From Podarcis cretensis (Eukaryota): a DNA stretch of 64,000 bases. Numbering within the stretch: position 1 is the stretch's first letter; each line of letters starts with the position of its first letter. The stretch is from NCBI GenBank assembly GCA_951804945.1, contig OX638152.1, positions 39,122,001 to 39,186,000 of the forward strand, in the 5' to 3' direction. Of the stretch, positions 1-22,700 are shown piece by piece. The translations under genes were made by a program, and so were the position numbers. The notes under the pieces were generated by a model. The model was not told where the DNA came from. It searched no databases and saw nothing but the letters and a program-made list of their open reading frames with translations.

Positions 1-600
1 GAATATCTGATGGACTGTTCTAAGTGCCTTCATCTGAACATAGAATCCTATACACAGCTGGGAGCCTTGATTGTGCAGGGCTCCCAATCACAGGGAAGAG
101 TCTAAGCACTCAGTCAAACACACTTAGAATCCCCCTACAGAGTTTTCATCTCAATGCATGAAGGTTGATATTAGGGCAGGAGTAGTGCACATGGCCCCTT
201 CCTACTCCTTAGTTTCTGCCCTCGCATGTTCTCTTGGATGCCTGAATACTATCCCAAATGATTCAAAATCTCCTTAAGTTTCATTGAAACTTGTCCAGGG
301 AATCTTCCTTGTAATTTAATTATATTAAATCACCCTTGAATTTTGTTTAAGGCACTCTTAGTTTAAATCTGTGAAACTGTATAACATTTCTCTTTTTGGT
401 TTGTGTGTGTGTGCTGTAATTCCTATGCACTTAAGAATTTTTAAACAGAGAAACTCTCCCCTACTGGCTTTTCCTTGTCCTGTTTTGGGCTGTGTTTTCA
501 AACAGCATTTAGGTTTGTTTGTGAAATGCACCTTGTTTAACGCCAACATTTACAGCCGGCAGGCTCCCATATGATCACACTGCAATTTCATATTTTTAAG

Positions 601-13749
<13,149 letters not shown>

Positions 13750-16700
13750 TAAAATGGGGCAAAGTTTCTTTGGCAGGGCATAATGCAATAAACAGCCTCA
13801 CATTTGGGGAAGGTGGGGAGAAGCCATATTTAATCACGTTGGACAAGTCACACACAAAAAGAAGAAGCCACAGGTCAGAAATGGAACACATGCTGTGTAC
13901 GGGAACATTAATTCTTAGATTTGTTAATCACTGACATAGCAGAAGAAAAGAAAAGCTGCTTAAAAGATTGTAGTGCTCCAAAATGGATAATCAGATCGCC
14001 ATAAGCCTGGCACAGAGATTCTATGGCAATTTCCTACAAAATTTCCTAATAAAAAGAAACTTCATAGCATAAAAGTGTTAATATACTCATCAGTATTTCA
14101 CTATTAAGAAATGAAAGGGAAAGGTATGATGTCTGTATTTAATGCACAAAAATTATGTATAATTTTAATTTCCTTATAGGTTTTATAACAAATTTTTAAA
14201 ACTACAGTGTGTGATGTTTTTGTCTTAGTTTACTGCAGAACCAAAGATTCACACTGTATAATGAGATTTAGCTTTCATGTGATGGAAAAGCATTAAAACA
14301 CTTCATAAATATTATTGGGGCGTTTCAAAATATTACCATTACCTTGTTCTTTTGAAAATACTGAGCAGAAATACTGTACATGAATTGAGTAACTTCCAAA
14401 CATCACTCATTTCACTAAAAGGGAAGTATCAGCTGAAAATCTGTATGTAGAGAGGTTCATGTCCTTCATTTCTTCAGTATCAATGGCTATTATTTAAGTT
14501 CTTGCAACATTACGACATTCTGCCTGCTAAAACTGAAGAAAGAATTTTGTGGGTAAAGAATATTGATAGAGCTAAGAACTGCAGCTAAAAAGCCAAGACT
14601 ATAAAATTATGTGTTCGTGGTTTTAGCATCCCCCAAAGGCAGAAATTTTTCCCAAATGCAAGATTTTGTTGTATATAGCTACAGAGAAATCTTTGTTCAG
14701 AATACCCAGGACCTCACATAGGGGATATACAATCAGCCCACAGATGGGTTAGGGAATGCCCTGTATTCGCATTGGAAAAGTTCACAGATTTAAACCCTTT
14801 CGCATAAAGACTGTGACAGATTTCAGCGTAACTGAATACCCTCTGAGGGTCAGTTGACAGAAACAAGAAGCTGGGGCAATTTTCTTGGGCACACATGAGA
14901 CCAGTCATCAACCAGACTCCTTCAATCTGACCAGAATTTTATATGTACTGGTGGTGAAGAAGGATAGGAGTATTTCTATCGCATTTCACCAGGACCAGCA
15001 GCTATGTTTCAGTGCCTGAGTAGAAGCCATGTAAGCTTACTCTGCATGATAAACAACGCAGCTGCTGCTAGTTCCACTGCCCATTTGTCTTACTGCTACG
15101 TTCCCAATTCAACCCTCCAGGGTGCCATCACAGCCTTATGTCATCAGTTACCACATGCATTTGTACTCAAACTTTCATTTTACCTGTATTTTGATCATAT
15201 TGTGTACCTATTAATTCTCCCAGGTCCGAGGGCTTTTCTCGCCATTCCGCAGTTTCCATTTCAAAAATTGGATTTTGCCCGCTGAATCGGACCTTACCAG
15301 TTGCGTGAAAAAGCTGAGGAGAGATTTTGCTCACCAAGCTTCTGATTCAGTGGGTAAGATCAGATTTTCCCAAGGCACAGCCATGAAACAATAAAAGTTC
15401 TTGGACCTGGATGAATCCATCGGTATATAGTTTGATCGAAATATGGGACAAGTGAAAGAGTGAATTAGCCCCAAGACAAGTATTTTATTTTGTGAACCGC
15501 CCTGAGATCTGCAGATGAAGGACAATATGCAAATGTAACAAATTATTATTCCCCCCCCCATACTTGAAACTTTCTTACAAACTAAATATACAAGAAATAT
15601 AAAAAATATAATACATTTCCCTTTAGCCCAAATACAGTGAATACAGTATTTTCTGTGCCCTGTGATCTCTAAGCAACTGATATGGGAGATTGTAGATCAG
15701 TGGTAGAAAAGATGTTTCGAGTGCCAAAAGCCCCAGTTTCAATCCATGTCCTCTCCAACTAAAAAGGTTCAGGCAGGTGATGTAAAAAGGCTTCTACCTG
15801 AGGCCCTAAGGAGCTGCTGTCAGTCAGATTGATAGACAGTACTGGACTAGGTGGTCAAATGGTCTTAATTTTCTATAAGACAGCTTCCTATGGTGATATG
15901 GAAAACTGTTTTAGACTCAGTGGATCAGTTAAAGTTCAATAGTCTGAAGGTGGCTGCTACACAGCATTCGCCCAAGAAAGTCTGAAGTTTTTGTGTAATT
16001 GAAGGGATTACTATATCTCTTCTCATAAAAATTATATATTCCTTGAAGATCTTTTCCATTAAAAGACACATTTTAATCCTTGAATATTGTGTTCAGATGA
16101 ATGATTGAATTTTTAAGTTGAAGTCTGTGTTTGATATTCTCTTTTAATAATCTGAATTTGTAAGTGCCATATGCTTTTTAATGTAGGAAATGAAAATCAT
16201 TGTTTCTGTTCAAGAAAAATATAGATAATAAATCACACTCGCAAAAGTGGTTTAAGTTTAAATATATCCTGCATGAAAAGAGCTGTTTGTTTGTTTTTGT
16301 TTAAAAAAATCACACAATATGGTATAGCCAATAATGTGGTTACAATAGTTCACAAATGCCGCAGTCCTGAAAAATTACATCTAAGTGTGCTTGCAGTAGG
16401 GTTAGAGAACCTTTCTCAAGATGAGGGCCCTATTCCATTGCTCCCCAGCCTACTGGGGACGACATGACAATGGTGGGTGGGGCAGAGGCAAAGTGGGCGG
16501 AGCACTGAATGAGACTGAACATTTTTCAGTAGGCTACATTACAGCCCTGCAAGAGGTTTCTACAGAAGCAGCCCACACAGCTCACCATCCAGGCAAACAA
16601 GAGGCATTAATAGAGGCAAGAACACTCCAGGAGGGTGTGGCACAGGAGTGGTGAGGGGTGTGGCCTGTGGAGGGGGCGTGGCCTGCATAGTCCCTCCAAG

Positions 16701-17150
16701 GGCTTCCTGGCCTGAATTCCCCCACCTCTGACTTGCAGCCTGACAAGCATGGTTTAAGGCTACATTTGCTTAAGTTTGATTAAAGTTTCAATCTCCTGTG
16801 ATGTAAGTGATTTTTCAGGAATGCAGTATAAATGATATTCATTGTGAATAGAAAGAAAGGGTCTCTTATCACAAAGCCTAATTAAAATCCTCTTTTTTTA
16901 AAAAAAGACTTGATAAACAGCTTAGATGGTTTTTTAAAAAATAAAAATTAAGCAGTATAGAAATTCCCATAAATAAAAACAAATGATGTTTGCAATGTTT
17001 GAGGATAAATTCCAGAAATGAGTGGCATTGGGTTATATAATTTTTGTCATGTATTTTGATTTTACTTCTATATCGTTTTACAGGTTTTGTAATCTTTTTG
17101 TATCTTCCATGTTGTAATAACATTCAAATAAATGTTTGAAAATACCCGAT
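13750..17150 (+). other. PHLDB2: Probable PHLDB2 3'UTR; candidate polyA signals AATAAA at 14048 and 17127
   Basis: AT-rich sequence after the stop; distal AATAAA followed by T/GT-rich sequence; true end not determinable. Confidence 0.5.
15684..15893 (+). mobile_element. Old tRNA-headed SINE with CR1-like tail, in the PHLDB2 3'UTR region
   Basis: Degenerate A/B boxes (gtagatcagtggtag...gtttcaatcc), tail cagcttcctatg; related copies at ~32760 (-), ~38250 (+), ~63170 (-). Confidence 0.65.
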
Positions 17151-18539
17151 CTTTTATTTTCAAATAATATGTCTGGTTTCTTACAGCAGGAAGCTTTAAT
17201 CAGTGTGCAGCCCTGAAGGTCTTTAGCTCAGTGCTAGGACTTCTGTTTGCATGCACCAGGCATGGTGAGCTCCCCAGCCCTTAGCAGACTAGCAAGATTT
17301 GCTGCGGGATACATAACTTTTCTGGCCATGTTTACAAGGCTGATCACACCCTATATGCTCATGCTGCTCAGCTCATGCAATCCTAACCACATTTCCTACA
17401 ACAAGAGCGGAGAACATTTCTTCAGCCTGGGGGCTGTATTCCCTTAGGGGTACACCTTCTGGGGAGCCGCAGTTGGGTGGGACCAGAAGCAAAACTTGGT
17501 GGAGTACTAAAAACATATTTTACTTTTCTACAGAGGGCTAGTTTCTACACATCCCACTCTATCTGTCATCCATTAACAGAGTTCAAGGACACACATTCTG
17601 ACCAGCAAAAAACCCCCACAAAAAATAAACGACAGGGCCAGCCAGATAGTGTGGGTAAGGAGAACCTGTAACTTGAGGACTAGACAGGAGAGCTGCATTA
17701 AACTCCCAGGTTCTCCACTCCTGTTCTAGGCCACAAGCCCTCTTGAACAGAGTAGGACGTAAGGTACATGTCTGGGTAGAATCAGGCTGAAAACCTTGAA
17801 TCTATTTTAAATCCCCATTCATTGATTGTGGGTATGGGAACATGGAAAGACTAAGACCGTTCAAGACACAATCTTCAGTCACCTAATTCAGTGGTTTTCA
17901 ACCTGGGGTGCCTTGAGGGATGGTCAGGGGTGCCTTGAGCAACACTGACCTCTGTCCCTCTTTCCTTCTCTCCTTCTTCTGATGTCCTCTCGTCTCTGCC
18001 TCCCAAAGACTTGCATGGCTTTTTGTTGCAGCAGCCCCAGCTACAAGCTCCCCAGCTGAATGGTGCCTCTGGGGCTGGCCAGGGGGTGCTGGGAGCTAAG
18101 GCAGCCTCAGAGTAAGCAAGCAAGCAAGCAGACGACAGGGCCAACCAACTAATCCACCAGCCCTTGCTGTTGGGAATGGACAGACAAGTGGGATACCATG
18201 CAGGCAGGTGCTGCACTGGCCTTGTGCTTGCTGTGTGCAAGGCCTGCCTGGGAGCTGAGAGCCGGGTGCTGAAAGGGAACCTTTCCGCCATGCAGGCCCA
18301 GCAGCACCCATTGCTGCCACTGCAGCCTCCCTAGGTAAGGTGCTAGCTTCACGTTCACCTCTGGCCAGTCTCCGTTGGGCCACTAAGGCTGGGGGCATCC
18401 TCTTCCCAGCCCCTTGTGGGGCAGGGCAGGAGGCACCTCTCTTTGGTGCAGTGCGGGCGGGGGGGGGGGGGAGTTCAGAGAACAGGGACAGCGGCTGCCC
18501 CGGTTATTGTGTTGTTATTTGGGACAATCTAATACACCG

Positions 18540-18895
18540 CAGGTGGCGCTGTGGGTTAAAGCCTCAGCGCCTAGGGCTTGCCGATCGAAAGGTCGGCGGT
18601 TCGAATCCCTGCGGCGGGGTGCGCTCCCGCTGCTCGGTCCCAGCGCCTGCCAACCTAGCAGTTCGAAAGCACCTCCGGGTGCAAGTAGATAAATAGGGAC
18701 CGCTTACCAGCGGGAAGGTAAACGGCGTTTCCGTGTGCGGCTCTGGCTCGCCAGAGCAGCGATGTCACGCTGGCCACGTGACCCGGAAGTGTCTCCGGAC
18801 AGCGCTGGCCCCCAGCCTCTTGAGTGAGATGGGCGCACAACCCCAGAGTCTGTCAAGACTGGCCCGTACGGGCAGGGGTACCTTTACCTTTACCT
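18540..18895 (+). mobile_element. Sauria SINE, young CpG-rich near-full-length copy (subfamily A in this window)
   Basis: tRNA-like head (GGTGGCGCTGTGGGTTAA...GGTTCGAATCC), (ACCTTT)n tail, 10-bp TSD TAATACACCG at 18530 and 18896. Confidence 0.93.
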
Positions 18896-19149
18896 TAATA
18901 CACCGTAACTAGTGTCACCGGGGTTTGACAGCGAGGAAGCAGCAACGGGCAGTTTCCATAGAACTGGTTTTCAAAAGGGTTCCCCAAAGGTCATCCAGCC
19001 CAACCCCAAACTTCCCTCCCATTCCTTCTCAAGTGTTCATTTTTACCCCGCCCGTAAGGTTCTCACTGCGAGCAGTCATGAAGACGGACAGCAAAATCCT
19101 GCCCGCTTCCAAGCCCAGCTTCCACTTCACAGCGGCTCTCCTCACCTTA

Positions 19150-19770
19150 GTGCGCCTTTCCCGCGCTTCCCACAGAACCCCCGCGGGCTTTCCGAGCATG
19201 CGTAGTCTAAAACCGACAGGCTCCACCCACCACCAGCTGGCCAGGCGCATGCGCACTCGCTTCCTCGCCGAGCGGCCCGAAGGGAAAGGGCGCTCGCTCG
19301 CGTGTCTGAGGGCGATGGCGGGGGCGGCGAGAGTCCTGTGGCGGGAGAGCCGCCGCCGCCGCTGCTGGGGCCCAGAGGCCGCTCGAGCAACGGCGCTGGT
19401 GGGCTTCCCTCAGCTGCCGGGTAAGTGCGAGGGGGCGTGGCTCCGCCGGACGGTAGCGCGATGGAAGCGCCATTCCTCCGTCGCCACCGCCTCTTTTTCT
19501 TCTTCCCGTGGGTTCCTGCCGAGGCTTCACGCGGGCGAGGCTCCTGCGTGGCTCCAGGTGTTGTCAGACTCCATCTCCCCTCAGCCCCGTGGCGAAGGAT
19601 CATGGGAGTTGTAGTCCGGCAACTGGCGGGCCGCCAGCCCCCCCCCCCCATCCGCGTCCTTGCTGGGTCAGGCCAATGGCCCGCCTAGTCGGGCATCCTC
19701 TCTCACGGTGGCCACCCAGGTGCCCCGGAGGGAAGCCAGCGAGCAGGATTCAGAAGCGCCTCTGGCTCCA
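19150..19770 (+). promoter_or_regulatory. ABHD10: ABHD10 CpG-island promoter/first exon with NRF1 site (GCGCATGCGCA, 19245-19255) and ZNF143/GFY motif (19603-19615)
   Basis: High GC and CpG density around the ATG; motifs read directly. Confidence 0.8.
19315..19420 (+). CDS. ABHD10: ABHD10 exon 1 (putative mitochondrial presequence)
   Basis: GCGATGG Kozak, CGG|gtaagt donor, phase 1 fits exon 2. Confidence 0.82.
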
Positions 19771-22700
19771 AACAGTAGCCATCGTTTTTTGTTCCCCCCC
19801 CCAAAAAAAAAATTATTAAATTTTCCACAAATATAACATAAAAAAGGAAAAGAAAACACACAAAAGAAAACACAATACAATATTAAAAAAGAAAAAAAAG
19901 AAATCTTAAACACATATCCCTTGAAAACCTAATTTATCTTACATTGTTAATTGACTTCCTCAAATCCCTCCCTTCTGAATTTCATTATATCTGCATGTAA
20001 CAGCTCTCTAATATCATTCTTAAACTAAAATCATTTCCAGCAATTAACTATTTTATTCTCTTTTCTTACTGTTCTAAATCCAATTTACAATTAAATCCTA
20101 ATTTAATCCTAGGCCTATTTGGTGCTTTCAAGTGACTTCTATTTATTTATATTACAATATTTATTCAAATAGTCCTTAAATTTCTTGCAATCTTCTTGGT
20201 ATTCCTATTCTTTCTGGTCGCGGATTCTTCCAGTCCCTAACCCTAACTCTGATAAACAGTAGCCATTGTGGCCGCCAGTGGTCATCTCTGCCATGAATTC
20301 GGCCTTTTTTTAAAGCCACCCGAATTGCTAGCCATCACTGCCTCGTGCCTGCCCAGCCAGAGGCTGCCTTTGTGGTGAGAAAAAGGTAGGAAGAGAAAGA
20401 GAAGAGGGTAGCTGTGGGGCTTTAAAGAAAGGCCATGGGGTTCTTCTGTCACTCTGGATTGAGCACTGTTGTGTCATTTCTTTGTGGCCACTCGTGTTGC
20501 GCATGGTGTGGACAGGTGGCCACACCCACTTCCCACCGCACTGTTTTGTTTTCGCAGGGACATGCGAGTCCCTGGAAAGAGCAGACTAAGCCTCCCTTCC
20601 TCCCACCCAAGAAATCACACTCTACTATAAAGTTGACGCAAGCTTGTTTGAAGTCACAAGGTTCTTCTCAAGTAGTCTCATTTCGAAGCACAGGCCAGAA
20701 GACCAGGACCTGCTTAGCTTCAGAAGATGGCTATAATAATTATAATTTATCATTTGTACCCGGCCCATCTGGCTGGGTTTCCCCAGCCACTCTGGGCTGC
20801 TGCCAACAGATTAAAAACTGAATAAAACATCACACATTAAAAACTTCCCTAAACAGGGCTGCCTTCAGATGTCTTCTAAAAGTCAGATAGTTGTTTATTT
20901 CCTTGACATCTGATGGGAGGGCATTCCACAGGGTGGGCGCCACTACCGAGAAGGCCCTCTGCCTGGTTTCCTGTAACCTCACTTCTCGCAGTAGGGGAAC
21001 CGCCAGAAGGCCCTTGGAGCTGGACCTCAGTGTCCCAGCTGAACGAAGGGGGTGGAGACACTCCTTCAGGTATACTGGACGGAGGCCATTTAGGGCTTTA
21101 AAGGTCTGCATGAATACATATGCTATAATTTTATTGTTTTATTTAAATAAATTGTTTAAATTGTTATTAGGGAAATGATTATTTTTCTCCTTCCAATAAA
21201 GTACAGCAGAAAAGTTGTCCAAATATAAACAGTTAACTTATTAAACCTCACCATAATTTCATAATTATATGTCTATGTATTTCTAATAGTATAACAAAAT
21301 CAATAACTTTTGATATAACTGTAAAAACTACAATGAAAAATTATTATTCCAAAAATGAAACGTTCTTCTGGTTGTGAATATTAAGATTACAGTCATACCT
21401 CGGGTTGAAGTTGCTTCAGGTTGAGCGTTTTCAGGTTACGCTCCACAGCGACCCGAAGTAACGGAACGTGTTACTTCCAGGTTTTGCCGCATGCGCAGAC
21501 GCTCAAAATGACGTCATGCATGGAAGCAGCAAATCGCGACACACAGACGCGGGTTGTGTTTGCTTCAGGATGCGAACGGGGCTCCGGAACGAATGCCATT
21601 CGTATCCAGAGGTACCACTGTATACCAGTAAAAATGAGTCTTTCTGTTAAAAAAAGAAGATTTAAATCGTCTTACTGACTAGTGATTTAAATCAATTTGA
21701 TTTAAATCAAATCCACCCTGATGTTGATGGATGTGTGGAAGGTAAATTTAAAAAATAATGGTTTGTTTATTTTCTGTATATACGTTAATTCATTGTATAG
21801 TGTTTGTCAAATCAATGCATATAATTTTAAAACATTCATATGATTCTTATTTCTATGAATATCTACCTCAATAGATGACAATGTTTGCATATGATATGTG
21901 TGTTGCACATTCTGGTCTCTGGATTTGTTTTTGTTTTTTACTTTGAAAACAATGATAGTGAAAAGTTGCAGATAGGACTGTTCGCCAGCTGACGTCAGAC
22001 CACTGCTAGCTTTTCCAAATGATATGTATCAATACTGTCATTAGGCAAAACATACACGGCTTAGAAATGTCTTCTGTTTAGGTTGCAGACAAAAATCCTC
22101 ACACAGTTTTCTTAGCCGTCCTGATAATCCAAACCTAGCCTATCACAAGCTAAAAGGCAAGAATCCTGGAGTTGTCTTCCTCTCAGGTTTTCTTTCAAAT
22201 ATGAATGGTAACAAGGCACTTGCGCTCGAAGACTACTGCAAATCAGTGGGCCACGCTTTTGTAAGGTATGTCTTAGAAGTATATGCCAATTAAATGCAAA
22301 CACCGTTCAATAAATTACATTGATAAATTATTATTATTCTGAACCTTCTGTAAATGTTAATGAAATGTATTCCAGCTCTTTGTATTGTTAATGTTTTCCA
22401 GACTTTTCATTTTGTGGCCCTGTTAAGTGTCGTTTGCGCAAAGCTATGCTTTTATTGAGATCCCTCTCTTGCCTAATTTCACAGGTTTGACTATAGAGGC
22501 TGTGGAAGTTCAGAAGGCGATGTTAAAGAATGTACATTGGGAAAGTGGCGGAAGGATGTACTTGCTGTATTGGATGAACTCACACAAGGACCACAGGTTG
22601 ACAATGTCTTTATTTTTAAACCTAGCATAAAAATTTCTCTCAGGTTCAAGTACAGGGGTTGCTAGTGTGGTGTTCTGCTTCCTGAAATTAAGCTCTCCCC

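Noticed and set aside
18540-18620. tRNA gene at GGTTCGAATCC (also 34203, 39825, 40884, 63300)
   Set aside because: These are SINE heads continuous with SINE bodies, tails and TSDs; no complete cloverleaf.
18925-19819. Long overlapping ORFs (229, 169, 107, 103 aa) as novel genes
   Set aside because: Stop-poor CpG island; only 19315-19420 is supported, as ABHD10 exon 1.
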